A stretch of DNA of 63,876 nucleotides, counting the filler. It is 6 parts of 6 records of this genome, joined end to end, with 100 filler letters (N's around TTAATTAATTAA, not from the genome) between each part and the next. Parts side by side here need not be neighbours in the genome. Positions count along the whole stretch, not along the records: positions 1 to 5,121 come from DRR723986_25318; positions 5,222 to 12,860 come from DRR723986_25404; 4 more parts are not named here. One strand, written 5' to 3'. Shown piece by piece: positions 1-12,100 of the stretch. Below the pieces are notes generated by a model. That model did no database searches, was not told where the DNA came from, and saw only the letters and a program-made list of their open reading frames with translations. Numbering within the stretch: position 1 is the stretch's first letter; every line of letters begins with the position of its first letter. The translations under genes and the position numbers were made by a program.

Positions 1-497
1 TCGAGGCCATGACCATGGCCGACAAGATCGCGGTGCTGCGGCTTGGTGAACTGGAACAGTTCGGCCGACCTCTAGACCTGTATAACAATCCGGCCAACAT
101 CTTCGTCGCGGGCTTTATCGGCAGCCCCAAGATGAACTTCCTCAAGGGGCGTGTCGCCACCGAAAATCGTGAGCTGTTGGAGCTTGAGACCGGGGAAACC
201 CTGCCCCTGCCCGCGACAGGTTTCGCGCAACGCCCAGGGCAGTCCGTAACGCTTGGAATCCGGCCCAACCATCTGGCAATTGTCCAGGGCGGACCCGTGA
301 CCATGGAGGTCAAAAGCGTCGAGCAACTGGGCGGCGAGGCCTATGTCTATGGCGCATTGAAGACCGGCCAGCCGATTTCTCTGCACCTGCCGGGCCAGAT
401 CGGCGCGGGCATTGGCGAGGTTCTGGCGCTTGCGCCCGATGGCGATGAAATCCACCTCTTCGATACCGAGAGCGGCCTGACGCTGCGGATGGGCTGA
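1..497 (+). CDS. Sugar ABC transporter ATP-binding protein (MalK/UgpC family), 5'-partial
   Basis: Frame is open at the contig edge. EAMTMADKIAVL...[24 protein letters not shown] and LGIRP...VEQLG are the post-H-loop and TOBE segments of MalK-type ATPases. Confidence 0.93.
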   Translation, partial: EAMTMADKIAVLRLGELEQFGRPLDLYNNPANIFVAGFIGSPKMNFLKGRVATENRELLELETGETLPLPATGFAQRPGQSVTLGIRPNHLAIVQGGPVTMEVKSVEQLGGEAYVYGALKTGQPISLHLPGQIGAGIGEVLALAPDGDEIHLFDTESGLTLRMG

Positions 498-505
498 GGC
501 GGCAC

Positions 506-1693
506 ATGAAAGAGACCTGGCGCTGGTTTGGCCCCGCAGATGAAATCTCGATCCCCGAGATAAGACAGACCGGGGCCAGCGGAATCGTTTCGGCGCTGCA
601 CCATGTTGCTTCGGGCGAGGTCTGGACGGTTTCGGAGATCAAAGCCCGCAAGGAGCAGATCGAAGGTGGAGGATCAGGACTGACCTGGGACGTGGTGGAA
701 AGTCTGCCGGTCTCTGAGGCGATCAAGACCCAGTCAGGGCCGCACAAGCAGCATCTGGATGCCTATCGGCAAAGCCTGCGGAACCTTGCTTTGTGCGGGA
801 TGGAAACGGTCTGCTACAACTTCATGCCGGTTCTCGACTGGACGCGGACGGCCTTGCGTAAATCGCTGCCGACCGGTGGCAGGACCATGGATTTCGACCT
901 TGTCGATTTCGCGGTTTTTGACTTGCACCTTTTGGCCCGCCGCGGGGCCGGTGCGGATTACGCCGATCATATAAAAGAGGCCGCAACACAGCGCTTGTCA
1001 CAGCTTGATGACAACGCACAGGCGGCCCTGGCTTCCAACATCGTGGCCGGGTTGCCGGGTGCAAACGAACGCTGGACGCTGGATGACGTCCGAACGCAAC
1101 TGGCCAGCTATGACGGGATCTCGCCTGACCGGCTGCGACAAAACCTTGTCGACTTCCTGTCCGAGGTGGTGCCGACGGCCGAAGCCCTCGGGATAAGGCT
1201 CTGCTGTCATCCTGACGACCCGCCCTTTGCGTTGCTGGGTCTGCCCCGGGTCATGTCCACGGCCGAAGACTATGCCCATGTACTGGAGGCGGTAAGCAGC
1301 CCCGCCAGTGGCGCAACGCTCTGCACTGGATCGCTTGGCGTGGCTGCCGATTTCGATCCGGTTGCCTTTGTCGACCGGTTTGGCCCGCGCATCCATTTTG
1401 TCCATTTGCGCAACACCCGACGGCAAGGCCCGGCTGATGGAATGCGGCTCAGTTTTCACGAGTCCGCGCATCTGTCGGGTGATACCGACATGGTGGCGAC
1501 AATCCGTGCGCTGATGGCTGAAGAAGCCCGTCGCAGGGCCGAGGGCCGCATTGACTGGCAAATCCCGATGCGCCCCGATCACGGGCAATCCCTATTGTCC
1601 GATCTCGACCGCCCGATGATGCCCGGCTATCCGCTTGTTGGACGTCTGCGCGGTCTGGCGGAATTGCGCGGGATCATGGCGGCGCTCAGCTGA
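506..1693 (+). CDS. uxuA: Mannonate dehydratase
   Basis: N-terminal TWRWFG, VVESLPV, CYNFMPVLDWTRT, HPDDPP, HFVHLRN, MRPDHG and PGY..VGRLRGLAELRG motifs; 395 aa. Confidence 0.97.
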   Translation: MKETWRWFGPADEISIPEIRQTGASGIVSALHHVASGEVWTVSEIKARKEQIEGGGSGLTWDVVESLPVSEAIKTQSGPHKQHLDAYRQSLRNLALCGMETVCYNFMPVLDWTRTALRKSLPTGGRTMDFDLVDFAVFDLHLLARRGAGADYADHIKEAATQRLSQLDDNAQAALASNIVAGLPGANERWTLDDVRTQLASYDGISPDRLRQNLVDFLSEVVPTAEALGIRLCCHPDDPPFALLGLPRVMSTAEDYAHVLEAVSSPASGATLCTGSLGVAADFDPVAFVDRFGPRIHFVHLRNTRRQGPADGMRLSFHESAHLSGDTDMVATIRALMAEEARRRAEGRIDWQIPMRPDHGQSLLSDLDRPMMPGYPLVGRLRGLAELRGIMAALS

Positions 1694-1777
1694 GCACATC
1701 CTTTGAACGACATTGGATGACCGAGTTCACCGGCTGACATCGGGTTTCGAGGGGGCGTTGCCGGGTTCGAAGCGGAT

Positions 1778-2058
1778 CAGAAGCCCAACACCAGCAGGCC
1801 GTCGAAGGGGCACAAGACCCATCCTTACCTGCTGAAAGGCCTGCGGGCGGATCGTCCGAACCAAGTCTGGTGCCCGGACATCACCTACCTGCCCATGCGG
1901 CGCGGGTTCCTCTACCTCGTGGCGATCATGGACTGGCACACCGCAAGGTTCCGTCTTGGCACCTATCAAACACGCTGGACGCCGACTTTTGCGTCGAGGC
2001 ACTGACAGAGGCCATTCAATAGTTCGGCCCGCCCGAGATCATGAACACCGATCAGGGA
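1778..2058 (+). pseudogene. IS3-family transposase (rve integrase core) fragment
   Basis: Reads QKPNTSRPSKGHKTHPYLLKGLRADRPNQVWCPDITYLPMRRGFLYLVAIMDWH, shifts frame near 1941, continues RKV.SWHLSNTLDADFCVEALTEAIQ*FGPPEIMNTDQG with an internal TAG near 2020. Confidence 0.9.
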
Positions 2059-2099
2059 GTAGATAAGTGACCAGCCGCGCCCGAAGCGAGGCGCAGCCG

Positions 2100-3548
2100 T
2101 CACTCAACTTCCAGATAGGTATGCTTTGTTTCCAGAAACTCGTTCAGTCCTTCAGGGCCGTGTAGCCGTCCGATACCGCTATGACCGAACCCTCCCGTTT
2201 CCGCTTCGGCAAACAGCCGATTGTGAGCGTTTATCCAGACTGTCCCACTCCTCAGCTTGCGTGACATCCGCATCGCGAGGTTGAGGTCACGGGTATAGAC
2301 GCTGGCCGCCAGACCATACCGAGTCGCATTCGCCTTTTCGAGCGCATCCCGCTCAGAACTGAACGTCTCGAAGGTAACAAACGGGGCAAAGTGTTCTTGC
2401 TGCACGAGATCGTGTGACGTGTCCTCGATCCCTATAAGTGTGGGGGACACGAATGCACCCTTCGACAAGGCACCCTCAGGGGCGCACCCGCGCAAAAGAA
2501 GGGTGGCTTCGTCCCCGGCGCGTTCGATCAGGTCCAGAACACGCCTTTGGTCGGTCTTGCTGATCAATGGACCCAGATCAGTGTCAGGCATCAGGCCGTG
2601 ACCGAGGCGCACTTTTGAGAAGGCGGCGTGCAGCATCAGGGAGGCTGCGTCGGCAATGCTATCATGCACCAACACACGACTGACGGCGGTACACATCTGC
2701 CCGGCCATAACGATCGAACAGCGGGTGATTTCCAGAACAGCCTTCTCCAGGTCCGCGTCGGGAAAGACGATGGCGGGTGCCTTGCCGCCAAGTTCCAACG
2801 ACACGCGCTTGATACCCGTGGCCGCGCCAGCCATCACCGCCATGCCGGTCTGCGTGGACCCTGTGAACGAGATCACATCCACGTCCGGGTGCACCGTCAG
2901 AAGCCTGCCGACCTCGCTGCCGTTTTCATTTACCGAGTTGACCACGCCTTTCGGCAATTCGGAAACGGCCTGGAAACAAGCCATCAACCGGGAATTGACC
3001 AGCGGGGTTTGCGGAGCGGGCTTGATGACAACTGTACAGCCTGCGGCCAAGGCCGGAGCCACGGACCGGACAAGCAGGGTGACCGGCGCATTCCATGGAA
3101 CGATGACCGAGACGACTCCGCAGGGCTCCCGTGTCAGGTAAGACAGTTTTCCACGCCCGGTCTCCATCGTGCGGCCGAAGATATTTCGCGCCAGACCCGA
3201 ATAGTAACGCGCTTCGGACACACCGGCTGCGATTTCATGCGCGGCTTGGGATCGAAGCTTTCCGTTTTCTCGAACAAGCAGCTCAACGAGTTCTTCACCC
3301 TGGCTTTCCAGCTGATCGGCGAATGCGTCCAGCACCCGGGCGCGCAATCTGGGTTCTGACGCCCAGTCGGAATGCTCGAAGGCGGTTCGTGCTGCCATGA
3401 TCGCCTGCTCGGCCAGACCAGCTGATCCAAGAGCGGCATCGCCGATTTGCTCACCTGTGGCCGGGTCGATCACGTCGCCCAAACCGGAAGCGATGTCCAA
3501 CGCCCATTCGCCGCCGATATAGTGCCTTGCTGTCGGGTACATCCGCAT
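2100..3548 (-). CDS. NAD(P)-dependent aldehyde dehydrogenase
   Basis: IVPWNAP, VVIKPA, SFTGST, SLELGGKAP, catalytic AGQMC, EHFAP and YGLAASV motifs. Substrate not assignable. Confidence 0.95.
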   Translation of the reverse strand: MRMYPTARHYIGGEWALDIASGLGDVIDPATGEQIGDAALGSAGLAEQAIMAARTAFEHSDWASEPRLRARVLDAFADQLESQGEELVELLVRENGKLRSQAAHEIAAGVSEARYYSGLARNIFGRTMETGRGKLSYLTREPCGVVSVIVPWNAPVTLLVRSVAPALAAGCTVVIKPAPQTPLVNSRLMACFQAVSELPKGVVNSVNENGSEVGRLLTVHPDVDVISFTGSTQTGMAVMAGAATGIKRVSLELGGKAPAIVFPDADLEKAVLEITRCSIVMAGQMCTAVSRVLVHDSIADAASLMLHAAFSKVRLGHGLMPDTDLGPLISKTDQRRVLDLIERAGDEATLLLRGCAPEGALSKGAFVSPTLIGIEDTSHDLVQQEHFAPFVTFETFSSERDALEKANATRYGLAASVYTRDLNLAMRMSRKLRSGTVWINAHNRLFAEAETGGFGHSGIGRLHGPEGLNEFLETKHTYLEVE

Positions 3549-3724
3549 CTCCCGGGTTGCTGCGATTTCGTGTGGGACCCTAGCAGCCCCACCGCGAAAA
3601 CAAAGCGGCCTTTCACCGCGTGTCGCAGCATTTCGGATGCCGGTAAGAATGCGCTCTGGCCCTAGGGAATCCAGCAGCTATAGTCGGCGCACGCTTTCTA
3701 CGCCCCCGAGAAACCAATGCGATC

Positions 3725-5098
3725 ATGACAAAGACTGTTGCTCAAAGCTTCCTGGACCAAGCTCGCAAGAGCCCGCATAAGCCAGCCATTTGCGCCGAGG
3801 GGTTCTCGATCAGCTTCGATCAGCTGGCAGGGCTGGTCATCACCTACGCGCTTCACTTGCAAGCAACCGGAGTGACGCGCCGATCCACAATTGCCATTCG
3901 GACCGATGACCCCCTGATCGTCATCACCACGGCGTTGGCGGCGGCACTAATGGGCTGTGGATGGGTGTTCGATGGCAAGGCCTTGTCGCAGACAAGCGCC
4001 GTACAGGTCACGCATCGCTTCCAGGCCGTCGATAAGGGTCAGCAAGCCAAAGAAGGCGTCCTGCCGATCGACGAATCCTGGAGCATGCCGCCCGCGCCGG
4101 TGAACCCGGCCGCGGCGATGCGTTTTCCGGGCTTTGAATCAGACGATCACATCTGGCTGTTTTTTCCGTCCTCTGGCACGACCGGCACACCGAAATTCAT
4201 GGCGCTCAGCCATCAGATCGTCCGGGACAGGATCAAAGCGAACGCAGTCGAATTTCCGCACGGCGATGAGGTGTGTGTATTTCTTTTCGCGGTGCATTCA
4301 CCGCCCACCTTGATGCGGGCGATCTGCGCTTTGACCCAAGGGGCGGGGCTTGTCCTGAGCTCCGACACCGAGTTGTGGTTGGACAGTGGCGTCACTCATG
4401 TGTTCGGGTCACCGTCCCAGATCGCACATGTTCTGCCCGCGCAGCCATTGAGGCGAAAGATCCGAAAGGCGTTGATCGGCGGAGATTTCCTGCCCGACAA
4501 GCTGACCGCAAGGATGTTGAACAGTTTTGAGGCAGTGGTGAACACCTACGGCTCGACTGAAGCCAATCTTGTGGTCGAAAACACCAAACATCTCTTACCG
4601 GACGGCAATATCACGACCAAAACCTTCTGGCACGATTCGGTCATCGAGATTGTGGACGACACAGACCAACCGGTGGCAAACGGAACCGAGGGAACTGTGC
4701 GCATCAAGAACGGCTATCTTGTGCCCGGCTACGTCGACAGCCCGGAAGCCCAAGCCGCCGCTTTCCGGGATGGATGGTTCTATCCGGGGGATCGGGGCGT
4801 CATTTCGGCCGAGGGGGATTTCACGGTCACGGGGCGTACCAACGACATCTTCAACCTCGGCGGCATCAAGGTGAACGCCGCCTTGCTGGATTTCGTGCTG
4901 CAATCCGTGCCCGGCGTCGCGGATGCCGTATGCTTCATGATGCCAGCCAATGACGGGCTGAAGGAGTTGGTCGCGCTGATCCGGGTTCTGCCCGACGCTG
5001 TCATCCCGAACGTGACCAGCGACGCCAGAATACAGATCGCCAGAACCATCTCGGTCGCGGCCACTCCGGCCAAGTTCATCTATTCCGATCTTGTCTGA
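3725..5098 (+). CDS. AMP-binding (ANL superfamily, acyl-CoA synthetase-like) enzyme, C-terminally truncated
   Basis: SSGTTGTPK P-loop, YGSTE, GWFYPGD, GRTNDIFNLGGIKV. Stops at KFIYSDLV, before the terminal P-x4-GK lysine motif. Confidence 0.85.
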   Translation: MTKTVAQSFLDQARKSPHKPAICAEGFSISFDQLAGLVITYALHLQATGVTRRSTIAIRTDDPLIVITTALAAALMGCGWVFDGKALSQTSAVQVTHRFQAVDKGQQAKEGVLPIDESWSMPPAPVNPAAAMRFPGFESDDHIWLFFPSSGTTGTPKFMALSHQIVRDRIKANAVEFPHGDEVCVFLFAVHSPPTLMRAICALTQGAGLVLSSDTELWLDSGVTHVFGSPSQIAHVLPAQPLRRKIRKALIGGDFLPDKLTARMLNSFEAVVNTYGSTEANLVVENTKHLLPDGNITTKTFWHDSVIEIVDDTDQPVANGTEGTVRIKNGYLVPGYVDSPEAQAAAFRDGWFYPGDRGVISAEGDFTVTGRTNDIFNLGGIKVNAALLDFVLQSVPGVADAVCFMMPANDGLKELVALIRVLPDAVIPNVTSDARIQIARTISVAATPAKFIYSDLV

Positions 5099-5121
5099 CG
5101 TCAACGCCTTTGGGACAGATT
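5092..5121. mobile_element. Possible insertion-sequence terminus (IS481-like, 5'-TGT end) at the contig edge
   Basis: TGTCTGACGTCAACGCCTTTGGGACAGATT supplies the premature stop of the upstream gene and runs into the contig break. Resemblance to IS481-family ends is from recollection only. Confidence 0.35.
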
Positions 5122-5221
5122 NNNNNNNNNNNNNNNNNNNNNNNNNNNNNNNNNNNNNNNNNNNNTTAATTAATTAANNNNNNNNNNNNNNNNNNNNNNN
5201 NNNNNNNNNNNNNNNNNNNNN
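5122..5221. other. Synthetic contig spacer
   Basis: 44 N + TTAATTAATTAA (stops in all six frames) + 44 N; identical to the four other spacers. Confidence 0.99.
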
Positions 5222-5280
5222 AAAACTCAAAAAAGCCGAGCGCAGCAGAGCAAGCTCAAGGCGCTGTATTTGCCGTGAAT

Positions 5281-5928
5281 TCAGGGCGTAAATGCCAAAA
5301 CCAGAAAGTGATTGTCAATGCCATTATTCGGCGCTTTTAGGCTAGCGTTGGAGATATGCCGAAAACGATATTGCAGGTCAAAACCCGTCAACCCCGGAAT
5401 GTTAAGTGCAGCGCCCACAATAAAATTATCTGAGAAGATGAACCCACCAGCCTGCATTTTGGTAGTGACCGTCACGTAATGTGGGCCGGTTCCTATCGCA
5501 GCGTATAACGACAGAGATTGATGCACGCGCAATGAATACTGCAGTCCGGCATTAACACCGAACTCTAGATCCTGCACGGAATTGTTAACAGAGACAGGAT
5601 TAAACTGAGGCTCAGCATAAAAACTCAATCCACTCAATTCCCTTTGCGGGCCAAAGGTGTAATGTAAACGCGCCAGCATCAGGACCGGACTGTAACTGCC
5701 TTCGGGCATACCTTCGGGGACAATCGTGGCACCCAATGCATAGCTGGTTTTTAAGAGACAAAGTGTGCAATCGTCCGCCTGATAGACATCCAGACTATTC
5801 GGCACTATGCGTTTAACTGTTGAACCAATCGTTGTAGAATTCACACTTGAATTTTGCGCAAACAAACGTTGCGGCACCAGTAAACAGGCCAATGCAATCA
5901 ACATTGGCACACAACTACGGAGTTTCAT
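5281..5928 (-). CDS. PagL-family outer-membrane acyloxyacyl hydrolase / lipid A deacylase-like beta-barrel
   Basis: Signal peptide, alternating beta-strand pattern, and C-terminal YRFRHISNASLKAPNNGID with the H-x-S-N catalytic motif. Confidence 0.85.
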   Translation of the reverse strand: MKLRSCVPMLIALACLLVPQRLFAQNSSVNSTTIGSTVKRIVPNSLDVYQADDCTLCLLKTSYALGATIVPEGMPEGSYSPVLMLARLHYTFGPQRELSGLSFYAEPQFNPVSVNNSVQDLEFGVNAGLQYSLRVHQSLSLYAAIGTGPHYVTVTTKMQAGGFIFSDNFIVGAALNIPGLTGFDLQYRFRHISNASLKAPNNGIDNHFLVLAFTP

Positions 5929-6065
5929 TGGTCAGGGACCGTTAATAATTGAACAAGGTCAATTACGTATTAACGGTTTGCAGTGCTAGCTTAAAGTTTC
6001 GACCTGCGCGTGTGAATCGCAGTTCGAATATACGAATTACTTAAAAAATGTCAAGCAGTGATCAC

Positions 6066-6118
6066 AAAAATACTGCTCGTGGTCCAAAGCTTCAGCGAAT
6101 TGTACCACGAGCTATTTT
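6066..6118. terminator. Probable intrinsic terminator downstream of the giant repeat gene
   Basis: GCTCGTGGT (6075-6083) pairs with ACCACGAGC (6104-6112), flanked by AAAAA and TATTTT. Confidence 0.5.
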
Positions 6119-6152
6119 AAGCCTTGTGCCCAGGTGCCGGGGCCAATTTTGA

Positions 6153-9100
6153 TCAATGTATGATTAAAATCAGTTTGGCTTCAACGGCGTTCGGACCGCG
6201 CAGAACCAGGTAGTAGTTGCCCGAGGAGAACTGCGTAAGCGGAATCTGGAATTCGTATTCACTGAGTTCCGTGCCCAGTTCATGCTCAAATTCAATCAGA
6301 TATTCGGTGCGGCCATGCATGCCGATCAGCTGCAAGGTGTAAGACCCAAAATCGGCCGCTGTTGCGACAACATCAAGTAAGTCATTAGCCGGAATTGGCG
6401 ATGCTTCGAGTGCCAGGTCCTGGACTCCCACAAATCCTTGATTCTCCTTGACCTTAATTAATCCATCGATCAGTTCAAACTGTTGAATCTCAACCGGAAG
6501 GTCCAGAGTAACGTTTGTGAGGCGTGTGATTGTGCTGTCCGGGCCACCAAAGAGGAAGTCGCCGACAACTGATGTTAACACAAAGTCTTCACCGAGCGGA
6601 ATGTTTACGGCCGCAACACGGACGGTAATCACACGATCCTCACCGTCAAACCTGTCGTTCGTAATTTCACCAACGGTCACGGCAGTCGGATCAAAGGCGC
6701 GGAAATCGGCGCGGAATTCAAATTCGACAACGATATCCTCACCGGCGTCAAACAGGGGCGCAAGGCGCATTGTTACCGGCACTTCAACATCTACGAACTT
6801 GTCTTCCAGCTCCAGCTGCGGTAGGCTCAGGACGAGCGGGAATACGGCCTCGCCATCTACTGGAATCACAAATTCGCGCGGACATGGGTCACTGATGTTT
6901 AAGCGCAGCGAGTCGTTAAACTCACCTTCTACAAGTCCATTAAATACAAGTGTTAGAATTGCACTTTGTCCGGCATCAATGATCAGCGGATCCGGCAGAT
7001 TTGGCGCAATACTGAACTCGGGGCTGATTCCATCCAATGCCGCACTGTTAAACACAATGCTTTCTGTACTATTGTTCTGCAAAGTCAGTTCAATTGCATG
7101 TTCAAAGCCCAACTCGCGTACACCAAAGTCAACAAGTGCGTCAACCTCCAGAATAGTCTCGCGGCGTTGCACATCAATAGTATTCGAAACACCATCGCAG
7201 CCTTCGGCACTGGTTACGGTCACAGAATAGCTGCCGGGCTCGCTGACTTCGATTGTACGTGTTGTAGCGCCGTTTGACCACAGGTATTCGGCATAAACAT
7301 CACCGGCATCCAGCAGCAGTGTTTCTCCCGCGCAGATATCCGCACGGCCCGTCAGAACAATCAGCGGCTCGGGACGCGGGTTAACAACAATCGCAAGTTC
7401 CGCGGAAGTCTCGCTGCAGCCATTAATATCTGTTGTTGTGACAGTAAACACTTCGGAGGCTGTGACTTCGATTGTGCGCGTTGTCGCACCATTTGACCAC
7501 AAGTAATTACTGAATCCCGCACCGGCATCCAGCGTCAGGACTTCCCCGTCGCAGGCCGGATTATTACCGGTCACTGTTATCTCCGGAATGTTGCGTGTAA
7601 AGACAGTAACTGTGACCTCGTCGGCACTTACACAAGTGTTAACATCACTGATGCGCAGGCGATATGTTGTGGTCTCACTTGGGCTAAGCAACGGGCGTTC
7701 GTCGTTGGAAACAAATGTGCCGTCAGTTAACTCCCAGGTAAATGTATATGGCCCCTTACCGCCGGAAGCAACGAAGTCGCCGCCCAGTTCGGTGTCGCTG
7801 CCAAAACAGATACTGCGGTCGTCACCGGCATCGGCAATTGGATTTTCGTTAACTGTCACCGTCACAAGACTTGCTGAAGTACAGCCGGATTCGTCGGTCA
7901 CCAATACACGGAAAACAGTTGTGCTCGTTGGGGTCGCCAGTGGATTTGCTGCCGTCGGATCATCCAGCTCCGCGGCGGGTTGCCACAGATAACTGAGGTT
8001 GCCCGTGCCGCCCTGCCCCGTCGGTGCGCCGCCCAGTGTCAGGTTCTCACCAAAACAAATCGCACTGTCGCTACCGGCATCCGCCACGGGAACGGGAAGA
8101 ACGTTAACAGCAAACTGCGTCGTTCCGGTACATGCATTATCGGCTGCAACCGTAATACTCAGTGTACCCGCCCCGGCATTTGCCCAGCGCACCTGAACCG
8201 TGTTCGCATCATTGACTCCAACAATTTCACCACCGGTTACTTCCCACAAATACGTCGCTCCACTGAGTTCAATGCTCGTATACTGCAAGACCTCGTCACC
8301 GGCACAGACTTCATTCGTACCGATAATTGTCGGACCTGGGTTCGGGTAAATCGTAACTGTTAAGCTTGTTGAACTCTGGCAATCGTTAAACCCGGTTGTA
8401 AGGACACTGATTGTACGCTGTGTTGGCGAGTTAACCGGGGCCCAGTTTACTTCTACCTGATCCTGCGGACCGGGCGTTGTAATTGTTCCACCTTCTACGT
8501 TCCAGCTGTACGTTATACTTGTCTGATTTTGATCGAGTAATTGGTAGGTCGAAAGCGAATCGCCGCACACGTCCAGATCACCAGTAAGTGTTAGCGCCGG
8601 ATGCGGGAATACGGACACGACAGCTTCGGCACTGGCATCGCAGCCATTGTTGCCAAGAGCTTCAACCAGCACATTGCGCGACTGCGTTGCTGCAACTGCG
8701 TCCCAGAGTATTTCCACCTGGCTTCCATTCTCCGCTCCTACAATCGTGCCACCTTCTATTGTCCAGGTGAATTCGTCTGCGCCACTATTGTGTGCATCTT
8801 GCACAAACAGAAATGTTAATGTTGTATCACATACCGTCAGGTCACCACTGATCTGCAGGTTCGGACGCGCAAAGACTGTCAGGTTTAATGCCGTCGCTGA
8901 AGTGCAGGAGTTAAAGCCGGTGGCATTGAGCGACACATGACCACTTAGTTGGGCCGTGACGTCATCCCAGAGTACCGTTACACTCTGCGCATTTGTGACT
9001 CCGACGATCTGTCCGCCGACAACCGACCAGTTAAACTGCGTGATTCCCGTGTTGTTGGCATCGGCGGCGCTAAATGTACTTTGTGCGGCACCACAGACGG

Positions 9101-12100
9101 CAGTCGTGCCGCTGATGCTCAGTTCTGGATTGGGAATGACCTGAATCGAGGTTGAGGTTTCAGCCAGGCAGTCATTTTGCCCAAAGACTGCGACTGTGAG
9201 GGTTGCGGCAGAGCTGTTGTTGACATCATCCCAGAGGATGGTGGCATTGGGCAGGTCGGCATTACCGACGAGCTGCCCACCTGTGACTGACCAGCTGATG
9301 GCTTCCAGTGAATTGCCGTTGGCATCACTAACCAGATACGTTGTTTGAGATGTGGCACACACCGTCGCAATTCCGCTAATCTGTAACACAGGGTTAGGAT
9401 AGACTGTTACGCTAAAGCTCGTACTGGTTTGACAACTATTTTGTCCAACTCCGCGTACGCGCACTTCACGCTGCGTTTGTGTGTTAACCGCGTCCCACTG
9501 CACCTGAGCTATCGTTGCAATTGTCGAAGTCAGCAATATACCGCCGTCAACTTCCCATACGTACTGCGTGATGACTGCGGCAGAGTTGTTTGTGACGCTG
9601 TATGCGTGCACCGAATCACCACAGACACCACTGCGTCCATCGATTAACAACAATGGATTCGGGAAAACTTCAACTGTAAAGCTGGTAGTACTTAAACAAC
9701 CGGCGGAACTTGCGCCGGCAACGCTGATACTGCGCGTTGTTGTTGAACTCACAGCCAGCCATTCGATTTCAATTTGCGCGCCGTCATTGGCGCCATTTAT
9801 TACGCCGCCTTCCACTGTCCAGTTCCAGGTACTAATGCCCAGGTTGTTGGCATCACTGACTGTGTACTGTGCCGTAGACCCGACACACATCGAGTCATCG
9901 CCATTGATACTTAAGGCTGGATTCGGCTGGACTGTGACTGTTAGACTTGTGGCGGCGGCACAAGAATTTGCACCGGCGTTAATAATCGACGCGCCATCAA
10001 CACTAATGAGGCGCTGCGTCGTCACAGATACCGTTTGCCAGCGAACTGAAATACTCGCACCGGAAGTATTGCCGATGATATCTCCGCCGGCCACCTGCCA
10101 GTTCCAGGTCTGCACACCAACATTATTGGCATCACTAACTGTGTAGACTTCGGTTGAGTCCGAACAGATGTCGGCTGGACCGCTGAGTGTCAGCAGCGGA
10201 TTCGGATAGATTGTTAAGCTGAACGTCGTTGTAGCCGCACAGTCATTATTGCCAATTGCTGTGACAGTTATCAGTCGCTGAGTCGGCGTGTTAACATCAT
10301 CCCAGTCAACGTCAATGCTGTTGGCGTCGCTTGGCCCGTTAATGCTTCCGCCTGCAACCGTCCAGCTCCAAACTGTAACACCTGTCAGATTGAGGTCGGC
10401 AGCAGTATAACTCTCGCTTGCCAATGCGCAGGCACTGCTGCTTCCGCTGATGGTCAGGCGCGGATTGGCAAAGATCGTCAGCGTGGTTGTAAGCTGCGAC
10501 GTACAGGCATTGTCGCCACTGGCGCTTACAAGAATTTGCGCCGAACTTGAAGTCTGCAGATTATCCCAGCGAATGGTAACAGTCTCGCCATTGTCAGGCC
10601 CAACAATTGTTCCACCCGTGACAGTCCAGAGCACATTTAATGTGCCGCTGTCATGCGCATCGCTAATCTGATAGGTCTCGCTGGAATCGGCACAGACGGC
10701 AAAGGCTCCGCTCAGGCTCAAATTCGGATTGGCAAATACTGTAATAGTTGTTGTTGTAACATTCGCACAGGCATTTGGCCCGGCTCCGCTGACTCGCAGT
10801 GTAAAGTCTTCAGCTTGAGTGACCGTATTCCACTGCACCGTAATTGTGGTTCCACTTTTTGGTCCAACAATGACGCCACCGGCGACTTCCCACTCAAAGT
10901 CAACAATCCCGGCATTGCGTGAATCACTAACTGAGTACACTGAGCTTGAGTTGGCGCAAACCTCTGCCGGACCACGCAATCCGAGCAGCGGATTCAGGAA
11001 AACTTCAACGTCCAGGCTGGTGGAATTACTGCAGCCGCTGGATGCTGTTGCCGCAACACTAATAGACTGCGTTGTGATCTGATTGGCAGACGTCCAGCGC
11101 ACGCTGACCTGATCACTTCCCTGGCCGGCTTCAATCACACCACCGCTCAGTGACCAGCTAAAGTTTGTGTTAACTGTGTTATTGGCATCACTGACCGTGT
11201 ATACAAAGAGTGAATCCGGGCAAGCCTGTGTAACACCACTAATCATCAAATCCGGATTCGGCTCGACATTAACATCCAAAAATGCAGCATTCGCGCAGAG
11301 TCCGGCGTTAATCGCTTCCAAATCAATTCGGCGCGTCGTGGGCACGATAACTCCATCCCAGCGTACTTCAAGCGTCGCATCCGTGCTGGAGCCGACAATC
11401 TGGCCACCAGCGACACTCCATTCAAGTGCCAGGCCATTAATTGAATTGTTATCCGTGAATGTATAGACATACACAGAGTCGGCACAGACGTCATTTGCGC
11501 CCGTGATTGTCAGGTCTGGATTCGGCAGAACCTGCAGGCTTATACTCGTCGATGCGGCACAGGCATTTGCGCCTGCACCGCTGACCGTAATTGTGCGCAT
11601 TTGGGCAGCACTCTCAGTATTCCAACGGATATCAACACTTGCACCGTCGCTGGCGCCCTCAATTACACCACCGTTGATTGTCCAGGCAAAAGAACTTATT
11701 CCAGTATTGTTAATGTCACTAACTGAATACGAGAGCAGCGAATCGGCACAAACAATGTTGGCACCCGTCACTCGCAGGTTTGGATTCGGGAAGACGCTAA
11801 TTGGCAAAGCAACATCCACAGCACAGGCGTTGTCTCCTGCAGCAGTTAAGCGCAGCTCCACAGGCGTTTGTGTATTAACACGATCCCAATGTACTTGGAC
11901 ACTGTTCGCATTCGTGGCGCCCACAAAAGTTCCGCCATCGACTTCCCATTCAAAACTGTTAAGTGGATTGCCGTTCTGGTCAAGGGCGGTGTATGTCGTC
12001 AGTGAATCGCTGCAGACTTCCGTCAGACCCGTAACCTGAATATCCGGATTCGGAAAGACCTGAATCACAGCACTTGTTTGACTGCCACAGTTGTTGTTCC

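Noticed and set aside
1727-2002. 91-aa minus-strand ORF
   Set aside because: Antisense of the IS3 transposase remnant.
5166-5177. TTAATTAATTAA palindrome recurring five times
   Set aside because: Always centred in N runs; a synthetic six-frame stop linker, not a biological repeat.
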